Of a stretch of DNA of 64,000 nt, positions 28,652 to 38,622 are shown in pieces. The translations under genes were made by a program, and so were the position numbers. The number at the start of each line of letters is the position of its first letter. The first letter of the stretch is position 1. Source of the DNA: an uncultured Gammaproteobacteria bacterium (GTDB taxonomy: Bacteria > Patescibacteriota > Microgenomatia > Levybacterales > GWA1-39-11); NCBI GenBank assembly GCA_964641355.1, contig CAZXND010000002.1, forward strand, positions 143,112 to 207,111, in the 5' to 3' direction. The notes beneath the pieces were generated by a model, which was not told where the DNA came from, did not search any database, and saw nothing but the letters and a program-made list of their open reading frames with translations.

Positions 28652-30295
28652 TTACTTTTTAACACTCAATTCATTAATAATATAAGCTTGAGTACTATCT
28701 TCCCTTACGATATCTCCAACCTTAACAACATCCTCTGTCCCACAATTAGGAGAATCTACAATCAAAATCTTCTCTCCCTTTATTACACCCACTGAAGAAA
28801 TCTTTTTTTTAGGACAATCATCTGAAACAAAATAATATTTTCCAATATTAAAGTCATTTTTTAGCTTTCCCCTAGAAAAAGAGGGTATTTTAGTTTGTCG
28901 ATTGTAATAAAAATAGTAAATTGGAAGATCTTCATAGTTTGATATTATAATCTTTGAATACTCAGCCTCTTTTCGCTTTAATAGTGAAAAAAGTTTTTCG
29001 TTTCCATCATTCCTGGAATAAGAAATAAAAGAAGGTGAATGAACAAAATATTGGTGAAGAAAGTAGACAAGATTTAAAATTAAACCTAAAAGTAAAATCG
29101 TAATCAAAGTTTTCTTGAATGGATAACTTCTCTTAACCATATAAAATAATCCAAACCCTTCAATTATTTGAAACGCTGGAATCATGAAAATCGCCCTTTG
29201 TATATTAGGGCTATCTTCAAGCGTAAGAGAGGCGGCTACTGGAGCAGAAAAAAGCCAAATCAGAATCATAAAGGAATATTTATCTCTTCTTCGTAATAAT
29301 ACATAAAATCCTAAAAGCAGTAAGGGCGCTTCAAAATAGTAAAAAAGCCCCATATCAGGGATTACATATCGATTAGGAAGACCGCCTTTTATATAAAGAA
29401 ATTGAGTTGAGAAGTAACTTAGATATTGATCTACCACTTCTTTTGTAAAAAGCACCACCTTATTGTGGAATATTCGTGCAGTTAGAATATTTCCCTGATC
29501 AACATCTGAGAGAACTTTTGTTCTCGATATTATGTCTCTGTTGGAAAAAACTGAAGTTTGAGAAAATCTTCCTGTTCCAAACTTGGTAAAAGATAATGAG
29601 ATAGTTAAAAAAACAAAAAATACGGTTATAAAAAATAGGTTTTTATTTTTTTTGAAAACCAATTTAATCTTGTGTTTGTCATAAGACTCAAGGTTAAAAA
29701 ATAAAAACCAGAAAAGTAGCAAAGGAACAAATAATCTAGGGGTATGGTAGAAAAAATAAGAAAGAGAAAGTAATAAGATTGATATTAAGAAGTAAACTCT
29801 TTTGTTCTTTTGCAAATTCAGCAGTAAAAAATTTATACCAAGTAAAATAAGAAAGATAGCAACTATAGACTCAGAGGTGGCCCTACTTGCAACAATATGC
29901 CAAGGCGAAATAGCCAAAAGCAGAGCTGAAGATAAAGACGCAACCTTATTCTTACTTATTAAATAAGTGAGAAAGTAAACCAAAAAAATAGATAACGAAG
30001 ATATGAATGCTACAGGAAATCGTATTGCAAAGTTACCAAGACCAAATATTAACGTTGATAACCCAGTCAAATAAAAAATTCCTGCTGGCCTATAATCTCC
30101 AAACCTATTTATATATATAGGAAGATACTCTCCAAAAATGTTTTTTCCGGTAGTAATTATCTGATATCCTTGATAGCCAACATTAACCTCATCAAGCTGA
30201 ACTCCATTTGGAATCTTAGATAAATCATAGAATCTTAAAACTAAAGCAAAAATAAATATTAATACGAGAATCCAATTATTTTTAAGAAAATCCAT
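28652..30295 (-). CDS. GT-C family A (PMT/ArnT-like) paralog 6
   Basis: VQLDEVNVGYQGYQIITTGKNIFGE; ISPWHIVASRATSE; SPNIQRAIFMIP. Confidence 0.65.
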   Translation of the reverse strand: MDFLKNNWILVLIFIFALVLRFYDLSKIPNGVQLDEVNVGYQGYQIITTGKNIFGEYLPIYINRFGDYRPAGIFYLTGLSTLIFGLGNFAIRFPVAFISSLSIFLVYFLTYLISKNKVASLSSALLLAISPWHIVASRATSESIVAIFLILLGINFLLLNLQKNKRVYFLISILLLSLSYFFYHTPRLFVPLLLFWFLFFNLESYDKHKIKLVFKKNKNLFFITVFFVFLTISLSFTKFGTGRFSQTSVFSNRDIISRTKVLSDVDQGNILTARIFHNKVVLFTKEVVDQYLSYFSTQFLYIKGGLPNRYVIPDMGLFYYFEAPLLLLGFYVLLRRRDKYSFMILIWLFSAPVAASLTLEDSPNIQRAIFMIPAFQIIEGFGLFYMVKRSYPFKKTLITILLLGLILNLVYFLHQYFVHSPSFISYSRNDGNEKLFSLLKRKEAEYSKIIISNYEDLPIYYFYYNRQTKIPSFSRGKLKNDFNIGKYYFVSDDCPKKKISSVGVIKGEKILIVDSPNCGTEDVVKVGDIVREDSTQAYIINELSVKK

Positions 30296-30297
30296 AG

Positions 30298-32712
30298 CTA
30301 AAACAATTTAAATTTTATCGGTTTTATATTTAAAAATGCAAGAATCACTAATAGTAATACAGAAACAAAAGACACAACAGCTCCGATTTTAAAAGTTAAC
30401 GGGTCATAAATGAACACAACCTTACTTTCTCCTTTAGGGACCACTACAGATCTAAAAGTATAATCAGCTCTATAAATCTTACTATTTACCCCATTAATAT
30501 AAGCTCTCCATCCTGGAAAATAGTTATCCGATATAAAAAGGAAACCACTACCGTCTGTATATAATTGTATTTCTATTTTATTGGGGGTGTAGCTTATCTT
30601 TTTTATCTCACCCTTTTTAAAAATTTTATCGTCAATTTCTGGAGTCTCTTCCAAGATCACAGTGTCTTTAAGATTGATTTTAGAATTAAAAATATTGTTT
30701 AGAATTGATTGTTGCTCCTTTTTAACAAGATATTTCTTTGCAATAAACACTCGAGACATGGAATTCAAATTTTCGTAAATATTATATTTTCCATCGCTCC
30801 AAATCTTTTTAAAGGATTTGGTAGTGTTAGATTCTTCACTTGAAAGCAAAAAATATCTAACTCCAACAAGATTCAAAAATCTAGATCGGTAAACGTTGTT
30901 ATCATATTCACTTAGACTTTTGAGAAAAGGGATTTGAGCATCTGCCCTTGGAATTTCTTTATCATATTTACCTTTTAGAGATAGGGAGTTTACTAATTCT
31001 CCATACCTACTTATATAAATTGAGTCGTAACCTTCTGGTGAATAAATACCATAATAGGAAAGTAAATTTTTTTCAATATATCCATTACCGATGGATAAAA
31101 CCCTATTAATACCACTTAGTTCTTTCACTTTAGATATAACTGGTGTCGTAGGAAATACAAATTTTCTTTGTGAAAAATATAGATATTTATTTGCCATATA
31201 CAGAGAGGCCAAGATAGATATTCCTAGAAGTGCAAAAAGTGAAAATACTCTATATCTTTTAATACCTCCAACAATAAATATAGTCGATGAAACAATTAGT
31301 ATAAAAATTTGGAAAATGATATTTTTAAATGAAACACTTATATTCAAGATGGCATTTTTTATCCCGACAAACCTTAATAGATCAAAGCTTACAATAGCCC
31401 CTATTAGAAGATAGATCACGACTAAAAATACTATTATTATTAATATTTTTTTAATATTAAATTTATTGAGATATTCCCTAACTCCATAAGCACTTATTAT
31501 CGCGAGTGAAAAAGTAGATAAATAAAAGATTCTTGAAGGAATAATTTTTGAAATAAAGGGAATGTTTAGATGATAAAGTATTAGCCACGTGGTAGGAAGA
31601 GAAAAACCTAAAGACATGGTTAACACGAACAAAAATTTAAAAAACTTCTCCCTTGAATCCTTCGATGGACTAATAAACGCAAAAAAAACAAATAATAAAG
31701 CCGGAATTCCTACAAACATTACCTTTTCATAATAAAATCCTTCACCAAAATAGTTATAAACACCAGGGTTACCGAACACGTCAGGAACAAAAAATGTAGC
31801 TAAATCCTTAGCTTTTAAGAGATATGATTCAAAAAGATATCTCGCATCTGTGGATCCTCTTGGAGCATATAAAAGTGCCTCAAATGAAGGAAGAAGATGA
31901 ATTGCAGAAACCAAAATAGAAAAAATAAATCCAAAACAAATAACCAAAAATCTTTTATATTTTTTTGTTTTGAATAGAAGAAAAACGGAGTAAATAAACG
32001 AGACAGAATAAAGATATAAACTCATTTGAAACCAACCTGAAAGAACTGAAAAACAAAGTGATAAAATGAGAATCAATAAATTAATCTTCCCAAGCCTTAA
32101 ATAGATTTTCTCGATTGCAAAAAGACTTAAAGGTAAAAACAACGCTGAATAATAACTCATCAATGATTCTTCCCACCAGACAATCGAGAAGGAAGATAGA
32201 CCAAAAACCACAGACCCAAAAATCGAAGACTTACGATTAAAGCCTATCTGTTTTAGATATAAGTATGTAAAAGAAAGTCCCAAAATAGGACCAACTATTA
32301 TAATCAATGACCATGCATCAATTAATGGGAATATCAAAAATAAAAAACTTAAAGGATGAAAAATCGCAGATTGATAGGTAGCCAAATGTGTATTACCAGA
32401 AAAACTATAAGGATTCCAAAGTGGTACTTCTCCCATTTTTATTTCATCAGTTGTTATTTTCCTATATGGGTAAAATATTCTTAAATTATCGAATCCAATA
32501 GGTTTATTTGGTGGACCGTTAGGAAACTCTGGATCTTTATATGTCGTCCATGGTTGATAATTAGCAACAAGAAGATTAGACGGAAAAGGAACAAGATTTT
32601 TAAAAAAGTAGTCTCTAAAAATAAAAACAGATAAAAAAATAAAGAATAAAAAGACAAGAAAGTCCTTGTTTTTATAATTTAATTTACGAACCTGTATTTT
32701 AATAATGTCCAT
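30298..32712 (-). CDS. YfhO-family membrane glycosyltransferase (GT-C), paralog 1
   Basis: 804 aa. VPLWNPYSFSGNTHLATYQSAIFHPLSF, FVPDVFGNPGVYNYFG, C-terminal NYFPGWRAYINGV...FRSVVVPKGESKV plus a terminal TM. 34-bp overlap with the upstream CsbB-like GT2. Confidence 0.7.
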   Translation of the reverse strand: MDIIKIQVRKLNYKNKDFLVFLFFIFLSVFIFRDYFFKNLVPFPSNLLVANYQPWTTYKDPEFPNGPPNKPIGFDNLRIFYPYRKITTDEIKMGEVPLWNPYSFSGNTHLATYQSAIFHPLSFLFLIFPLIDAWSLIIIVGPILGLSFTYLYLKQIGFNRKSSIFGSVVFGLSSFSIVWWEESLMSYYSALFLPLSLFAIEKIYLRLGKINLLILILSLCFSVLSGWFQMSLYLYSVSFIYSVFLLFKTKKYKRFLVICFGFIFSILVSAIHLLPSFEALLYAPRGSTDARYLFESYLLKAKDLATFFVPDVFGNPGVYNYFGEGFYYEKVMFVGIPALLFVFFAFISPSKDSREKFFKFLFVLTMSLGFSLPTTWLILYHLNIPFISKIIPSRIFYLSTFSLAIISAYGVREYLNKFNIKKILIIIVFLVVIYLLIGAIVSFDLLRFVGIKNAILNISVSFKNIIFQIFILIVSSTIFIVGGIKRYRVFSLFALLGISILASLYMANKYLYFSQRKFVFPTTPVISKVKELSGINRVLSIGNGYIEKNLLSYYGIYSPEGYDSIYISRYGELVNSLSLKGKYDKEIPRADAQIPFLKSLSEYDNNVYRSRFLNLVGVRYFLLSSEESNTTKSFKKIWSDGKYNIYENLNSMSRVFIAKKYLVKKEQQSILNNIFNSKINLKDTVILEETPEIDDKIFKKGEIKKISYTPNKIEIQLYTDGSGFLFISDNYFPGWRAYINGVNSKIYRADYTFRSVVVPKGESKVVFIYDPLTFKIGAVVSFVSVLLLVILAFLNIKPIKFKLF

Positions 32713-33395
32713 AAAGCAAGAAACCCGTCTCTGAATGTATGTATCTTCTTACCCTCATCATAACCTCTAGGAGTTGTTTTTATGTCAATCTCCTTAATTT
32801 TAATTCCCTTTTTGAGTATCTTTGCTGTTATTTCAGGTTCAAAATCAAACGACCTTGCCTTCAAATGAACACTCTTTATCACCATAGAGTCAAATGCCTT
32901 ATAACATGTTTCCATGTCAGAAATATAACTACCGTATATGATAGTTGTTATGTAGCTTAAAAATTTGTTACCAAAAAAGTGAAGCAAGAGCGGTGTTCGA
33001 TTTTTTCCAAAAAAAACTGGCTTTACTTTTAATCTTGTGCCATAAACAACTTTATTTTTTTTCTCTAGAATTGGCTTTATTATTTTTGGAATATCGTTAG
33101 GGTTATATTCAAGATCTGCATCTTGAATTATTATAATATCACCCGATGCTTGTTTAAATCCTGAATTTACAGCCGACCCTTTTCCCATATTCTTCTTATG
33201 AGTAATAACCTTAATTGACTTATTTTTTGATGAAATTTTTAGAAGTATATTTGGTGTTTTATCTGATGAACCATCATTTACGACAATTATTTCTTTTTTG
33301 ACCTTAGGAATAGTTAAATAGATTATCTTTTTCAAGATAATTGGAAGTGTCTTCTCTTCATTAAAAACAGGTATTATTATGGATAACTTCATCAA
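32679..33395 (-). CDS. GT2, CsbB/GtrB/DPM1-like polyprenyl-phosphate sugar synthase
   Basis: LSIIIPVFNEEKTL...IIVVNDGSSDKT...KNMGKGSAVNSGF...IIIQDADLEYNP. Immediately upstream of, and overlapping, a YfhO-like gene (csbB-yfhO-like arrangement). Confidence 0.65.
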   Translation of the reverse strand: MMKLSIIIPVFNEEKTLPIILKKIIYLTIPKVKKEIIVVNDGSSDKTPNILLKISSKNKSIKVITHKKNMGKGSAVNSGFKQASGDIIIIQDADLEYNPNDIPKIIKPILEKKNKVVYGTRLKVKPVFFGKNRTPLLLHFFGNKFLSYITTIIYGSYISDMETCYKAFDSMVIKSVHLKARSFDFEPEITAKILKKGIKIKEIDIKTTPRGYDEGKKIHTFRDGFLALWTLLKYRFVN

Positions 33396-34318
33396 GGGTA
33401 GTCTGAAAAAATTTGACGATCAGTTCTTTTATAAAGTTTTTTTTGCTTAAATCGTTTAAAGATTATATCAGGAATTTTGAACAGCGCAAGCAAAAATCCA
33501 AGATAAAATGCAAAATCCAGTTTGAATAATGCTCTGATAAAATAGTATGGCAAAAATAAAATATGTGAAATTATTTTTTCAAAATCCGAAATGTTTTTCC
33601 AAATAAATATGAATTGATTTCTAAAAGAAATCACCTTTATTCTAAAGTCTTGATTGTTTTTTCTTATAGACCCTTCGTCATGTCTATGAATTACTCTACT
33701 TTTCGGATTAAATTTTAAGTTGTAACCAGATTTAACTGCTCTAAAAGAAATGTCTATATCTTCCCAGTAAAAAGGATTATATAAAGAATCAAAACCTCCA
33801 AGAGCAATAAAAATACTTCTTTTAACAATACTACTTCCACCAGAAATCCAAAATGTATCTAACTCGTCTACGTCTCCCCTCTTATGAAAAAACATTCCGT
33901 TTTTCCAATATGCTAATCCTCTTCCACGAAATACAACCCCCCCTTTTTCTTCACTTTCATCTAGACAACCTACGCCAAATAGTTTTGGATCTTCTTTAAA
34001 ATCATTTAATATTGGATCTAAAAAATTTTGATAGGGTTTGACATCTGTATTTAAAAGAACTACATATTCCCCCGTTGCTACTTCAACCCCCTTATTTACG
34101 GCTGAAGAAAATCCTTCATTTTTTTTATTTTTTACTAATATCACTGAGTAATTTTCGACAAACTTCTCTAATCTATCTAACTCGATCTTACTAGAACCAT
34201 CATCAACTACTATTACTTCATTTTCACCATAATTTTTAAGAGAGGATATAACATGAGGTAAATTATTCTTAATGAGATTAAAACCATTATAATTAGGTAT
34301 GACAACACTTATTTTCAT
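33392..34318 (-). CDS. family 2 glycosyltransferase
   Basis: KISVVIPNYNG...VIVVDDGSS...NEGFSSAVNKG...LLNTDV; 308 aa; paralogous to 42592..43491. Confidence 0.7.
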   Translation of the reverse strand: MKISVVIPNYNGFNLIKNNLPHVISSLKNYGENEVIVVDDGSSKIELDRLEKFVENYSVILVKNKKNEGFSSAVNKGVEVATGEYVVLLNTDVKPYQNFLDPILNDFKEDPKLFGVGCLDESEEKGGVVFRGRGLAYWKNGMFFHKRGDVDELDTFWISGGSSIVKRSIFIALGGFDSLYNPFYWEDIDISFRAVKSGYNLKFNPKSRVIHRHDEGSIRKNNQDFRIKVISFRNQFIFIWKNISDFEKIISHILFLPYYFIRALFKLDFAFYLGFLLALFKIPDIIFKRFKQKKLYKRTDRQIFSDYP

Positions 34319-34320
34319 CT

Positions 34321-36531
34321 TTAAAACAACTTCATATCAAAAACAATTAGATGCTTTCCTTCTGGCACAATTACACCTCTAAAAGTTAAATCAATTCTGT
34401 ACACATCAACCTCTTTTCCGTCAATCTTAGCAATCCAATTTGGATAATATACATCGGTAAGAACTAAAAAACCTTTACCAACATTTTGTGTTTCAATTGT
34501 CATACTATTTTCTTTAGTTTCAAGAATTCTTACTTTTCCCTTTTTAAAGTTTCCCCCAGGTGAATTCTGACTAAAAGCTAGTTTCGATAAATCAGAGGAA
34601 AGCATCTCTGACATCATTTGTTTTTCATCTTCTACTTTTTTAACTTCTTCAACAAAAAATGCACGATCAATAACATTTAAATTTTCGTAAACGATTGTCT
34701 GTCCTTCCCTGAAAACCTCTTTAAATTTTGATTGCTTAATTTCTGATAGTGAAAGAACATACTTAACATTTAATAAATCTAATAATTTAGAACTTACGTT
34801 ATGAGGAGTAATAATTCTATTATATCCATAGGGTGGGTCAATATCTGAGGAATTTCTCTCAAGAGCTGCTATATATTTTGCGTAAGATAAAAGATAAAGA
34901 GGGTCATATCCTTCAATAGATTCTAATTTGTAAATTACTGAGAAATTAGGAGGAAAAATCCTTCTATCCGTTGAGGCAATTCTAAAAAGACCGTTTTTAC
35001 TTTTACTTTGCAAAAAATCTATTATTTTAGTCTTCGGATAGAGATATTCTTTTCTTTCAAATGGTTCAAACTTATATGCGAACCTGAAAAGGTCAAACAC
35101 GAGAACAAATAAAATTAAGAACATTAAATATTTTTTGTACTTTTTTAGAAACATGATTACCAATATCACTACAAAAAGCGTTATTGTTAATAGGGTGGGA
35201 AAAACAAGATTTCTTCTTGATACCAAGATATTTACTTGATCAAATGATAATGTATTGCTTAAATTAAACAACCAAAGAAGAGATAGTAAAAACATAATTA
35301 GTCCCAAAACTAGAAACACTTTTTTGCTCGGCTTTTCAATAAACTCATTAAAGCCATAGGCTGATAAAACTGATAAAGAAAAACAAATAACAAAAAGAAG
35401 TCTTGTAGGTTGAGCAGTGGCTATAAAAGGAAGATTTAACCTAAATGGAAGACTAGACAATGGACTATCAATTGAGAAAACTAGAGACATGACGACTACT
35501 ATAGCAAAAAATAATATATTCCTTTTTACAAAAAATAGAGAATATGCTGCAAAAATAATTCCCGCTATTCCGATGTATCCAATTAGTTCTGCATAGTTCC
35601 ACGCTCCAAAATAATTCATCGTTGCAGGATTACCAAAAAAATCTGGAACTATAAATTGCACTAAGTGCTTTAAAGGAATAAACCAGCCTTCTACTTTCCA
35701 ATTTAAATCGTACGCTCTTGAAGAAAGTAAAATAAATCTTAAAGTTGAAAACCATTGAATTAACGTTGCAAGCACAAAAAACAAAATTACCAAGAAAACC
35801 GATACAATGGCTTTTCTATTCCCTGACTGAATAAACTTAAAAATAACATACGCTAGGAAAAGTGCGAAAACGTAAAAAAAGATTTGTAGATGACCTGAAA
35901 GAAAAGAACTAACCAAACTAAAGGCTAAAATTAAAACCCATTTTTTTTCAAATCTTCCAAAGATTTTATCGACTGATAAAAGAATCAATGGTAACCAAAT
36001 CCCGGTATGTAAAACATTTCCCCACTCAAGCCAAGCAACTGAGAATCCAGAAAAGATAAAAGCTATTGCACCAAATGCCGAAGCTTTATGGTCAATCTTT
36101 AAGTTAGATAAATACAAGTACATGAATATTCCTCCTAAAATGAGTTGTAACAAAATAAATAATGTCCAAGATAAATGAAAGGGTTTAATAAAGAATAATA
36201 TGTTAAGAGGATAAAGTGCACCTGTTTGAAAGTTTGCAAGCAAAGGCTTTCCACCCATTTCGTAAGGATTCCACAAGGGTAATTGTCCTTTTGAAAAACT
36301 ATCGATCGCCAAATTCTTCCAAGGATAAATTTGTCTTACAGGATCCGTGATAAGGAAATTTTTGAATGGCACTCCCCTGGGAAACTCTTTTATGTAAAAG
36401 TCTCTGTAAGGATAGTACAATCCTACTATAGTATCTGATGGAATAGGTAATAATCCTTTTATGAAAAAAGGGTTAAAAAAAGCTACCACCAGCACACAAA
36501 TAAAAAAAACAAAATAATTTCCTAATTTCAT
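34321..36531 (-). CDS. YfhO-family membrane glycosyltransferase, paralog 2
   Basis: LPLWNPYEMGGKPLLANFQTGALYPLNILFF; IVPDFFGNPATMNYFG; C-terminal VYYPNWIAKIDGKEVDVYRIDLTFRGVIVPEGKH. Confidence 0.7.
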   Translation of the reverse strand: MKLGNYFVFFICVLVVAFFNPFFIKGLLPIPSDTIVGLYYPYRDFYIKEFPRGVPFKNFLITDPVRQIYPWKNLAIDSFSKGQLPLWNPYEMGGKPLLANFQTGALYPLNILFFIKPFHLSWTLFILLQLILGGIFMYLYLSNLKIDHKASAFGAIAFIFSGFSVAWLEWGNVLHTGIWLPLILLSVDKIFGRFEKKWVLILAFSLVSSFLSGHLQIFFYVFALFLAYVIFKFIQSGNRKAIVSVFLVILFFVLATLIQWFSTLRFILLSSRAYDLNWKVEGWFIPLKHLVQFIVPDFFGNPATMNYFGAWNYAELIGYIGIAGIIFAAYSLFFVKRNILFFAIVVVMSLVFSIDSPLSSLPFRLNLPFIATAQPTRLLFVICFSLSVLSAYGFNEFIEKPSKKVFLVLGLIMFLLSLLWLFNLSNTLSFDQVNILVSRRNLVFPTLLTITLFVVILVIMFLKKYKKYLMFLILFVLVFDLFRFAYKFEPFERKEYLYPKTKIIDFLQSKSKNGLFRIASTDRRIFPPNFSVIYKLESIEGYDPLYLLSYAKYIAALERNSSDIDPPYGYNRIITPHNVSSKLLDLLNVKYVLSLSEIKQSKFKEVFREGQTIVYENLNVIDRAFFVEEVKKVEDEKQMMSEMLSSDLSKLAFSQNSPGGNFKKGKVRILETKENSMTIETQNVGKGFLVLTDVYYPNWIAKIDGKEVDVYRIDLTFRGVIVPEGKHLIVFDMKLF

Positions 36532-37595
36532 CTCGAGATTATAAGCTTTTGTATTTGCTCACAAAAGTTTTCCTTGCTAAATTTCTCAGACTTTGTCACT
36601 GCTCTTTTTGACATTTTATTAAGCAGTTCTGTATTGTTCATTAGATGTAGAGTTTTTTCCTTCATCTCAATTAGAGTATTCCATAAAAATCCATCTAAAC
36701 CATTTTCAATAATTTCGCTTTGACCTCCAGCATTAATAACTACTGGTACTACTCCAGCCCCCATAGCTTCAACGGTGGAGATGCCAAAATGCTCTGCATT
36801 TTCTGGATGTGCATCTAAATTTTCTCCGACGCCAGTTGCATGCCAATATATTTTAGCTTCAGAATAAAGATTCCACAAATCTTGATTACTGGGATTAACG
36901 ATAATGTCTATCGGATAACCTAAGACCGTATCTTGAAGCTTTTTGACTTGATCGCCAAATTCTACCCTAGACCCCAAAACAAGTTTAAATCTCCACCCCT
37001 CAACTCCTTCATCAATCATCTTCTTAAATTCAGATATCATAACATCTTGCTTCTTGTATAGCTGACCATTTAAAGTGAAACCGATCCTACCCACACTAAG
37101 TATTGTCTTTTTCTTTCGCTTACTCTTATCTGCTTTAATCTCTACTGGAGGATATACCACAAGACTATCAACGCCAAATTTTTTGTCTATATATTTTTTT
37201 GTAAATTTTGAATTACAAATAATTTTCTTAATCCTAGTGAGCTTTATTTTTGTTTTAATGGAATTTCCAACCCACTCTACAGGAAACTGAAAATGGACGA
37301 TCAGCTTTTTAGATGGAATAAAAGGAAGACTACCATCGCTGAGAAAAAAAATTAAATCAAATTTATTCAATTCGCTAATTCTTTGTAAGGTGTTTTTTAC
37401 AGTTCCGAAAGGATTTTTATCAACTTTAACATTATTTAAGTCTATTGCGAATTTATTTTCTCCTTTGGAAAGAACTTCTGGATCATCCCAAAATAGGTGG
37501 ACGTCTTCGTGGGATAAGCAAGAAGCTAAAGTTAACATATACCTTTCTCCACCTTCCAAAACACCTAAGTATGGGTCGTAAATACCTATCTTCAT
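36528..37595 (-). CDS. family 4 glycosyltransferase (GT-B)
   Basis: EHFGISTVEAMGAGVVPVV E-x7-E motif; 355 aa. Confidence 0.65.
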   Translation of the reverse strand: MKIGIYDPYLGVLEGGERYMLTLASCLSHEDVHLFWDDPEVLSKGENKFAIDLNNVKVDKNPFGTVKNTLQRISELNKFDLIFFLSDGSLPFIPSKKLIVHFQFPVEWVGNSIKTKIKLTRIKKIICNSKFTKKYIDKKFGVDSLVVYPPVEIKADKSKRKKKTILSVGRIGFTLNGQLYKKQDVMISEFKKMIDEGVEGWRFKLVLGSRVEFGDQVKKLQDTVLGYPIDIIVNPSNQDLWNLYSEAKIYWHATGVGENLDAHPENAEHFGISTVEAMGAGVVPVVINAGGQSEIIENGLDGFLWNTLIEMKEKTLHLMNNTELLNKMSKRAVTKSEKFSKENFCEQIQKLIISR

Positions 37596-37652
37596 ACGTT
37601 TATTTTAACAACTATTGAATAGCAATAAAAGTTATGTTAAATTCAATAAGTT

Positions 37653-37877
37653 ATGAATCTTTCGCCAGATACAAATATCTTAATCTTCCTTCTACTAATT
37701 TGGTCAACAGGGGTAAAAGGTGTAGCTTTGTGGAGAGCAGCTAGATTAGACCAAAGAAATTGGTTTATAGTAATGCTTCTTGTTAATATTTTTGGGATTC
37801 TAGAGATAATATATTTATTTAAATTCGCAAAAAAGAAACTGACCCTCAAAGAACTTAGATCATGGTTCTCCAAATGA
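37653..37877 (+). CDS. small two-TM membrane protein (74 aa), unknown function
   Basis: ORF fills most of the only large intergenic gap (285 bp) in the cluster. Two clear hydrophobic helices flanking a WRAARLDQRNW loop. A competing minus-strand ORF (37643..37873) has no recognisable features. Confidence 0.4.
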   Translation: MNLSPDTNILIFLLLIWSTGVKGVALWRAARLDQRNWFIVMLLVNIFGILEIIYLFKFAKKKLTLKELRSWFSK

Positions 37878-37880
37878 TAT

Positions 37881-38615
37881 TTAGTTATTTTGTTTTTCCC
37901 AAAGTTTAGCGTAAGTAATAAACATTGAGAACGATTGATAAATTGACTCTATCATTCCTTTAGTACCATTCTTATAGCCTTTATCATTAAGATAAGAGCT
38001 AATGAAACCGGTCAATATTATTCTGCAAAATCTCAAAATGGTCATTCGAGGGTGTTTTGATTTAAGTCTTAATTCTGCTTCAAAATTTGACCAATCGTTT
38101 GTTTTATTAACCATCTGAAAAAGGTTGGAATGTGTAAAATGGTTTATAGGAGAACTAATCACCCCAAACTCTCCTTCTATTTTAGGCGTCTCATGAACAA
38201 GACCATACCATCCTATAAATTTTTTTCTTAAAAATAATCTTTGAACTTTATCAATAAGCCCCCAATCTTTTCCAAAATAGTAAGTTTTTCTTTGCAAATA
38301 ATATCCCGACATAACATCAGTTTTTGAAATAATCTCTTTGACTTCATTTTTAAAATCTTCTGTTAATTCTTCATCGGAATCTACATATAACACCCACTCA
38401 CCAGATGTTCTATCTATTCCATAATTTCTTTGATCTGAAAAATCAATAAATTTCTTTTCAACCATCCTAATATCAAATCCTTTAACAATTTTTTTTGTAT
38501 CATCATTCGAATCAGAGTCGATTACAAGCACTTCATCGCCAAACCCTTCAATACTTTTAAGAGTTCTTTTAATCGTGTCTTGAGAGTTCTTCGTTAAAAT
38601 GATTATTGAAAGCAT
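37881..38615 (-). CDS. family 2 glycosyltransferase
   Basis: LSIIILTKNSQDTI...VLVIDSDSNDDT...YVDSDEEL; same GT2 subfamily as 12876..13664 and 43497..44399. Confidence 0.7.
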   Translation of the reverse strand: MLSIIILTKNSQDTIKRTLKSIEGFGDEVLVIDSDSNDDTKKIVKGFDIRMVEKKFIDFSDQRNYGIDRTSGEWVLYVDSDEELTEDFKNEVKEIISKTDVMSGYYLQRKTYYFGKDWGLIDKVQRLFLRKKFIGWYGLVHETPKIEGEFGVISSPINHFTHSNLFQMVNKTNDWSNFEAELRLKSKHPRMTILRFCRIILTGFISSYLNDKGYKNGTKGMIESIYQSFSMFITYAKLWEKQNN

Positions 38616-38622
38616 AATTTAA

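Noticed and set aside
37643-37873. 76-aa minus-strand ORF in the 285-bp gap
   Set aside because: It overlaps, antisense, the plus-strand 2-TM ORF. It has no hydrophobic helices or motifs. The plus-strand ORF was considered more gene-like, though neither is certain.
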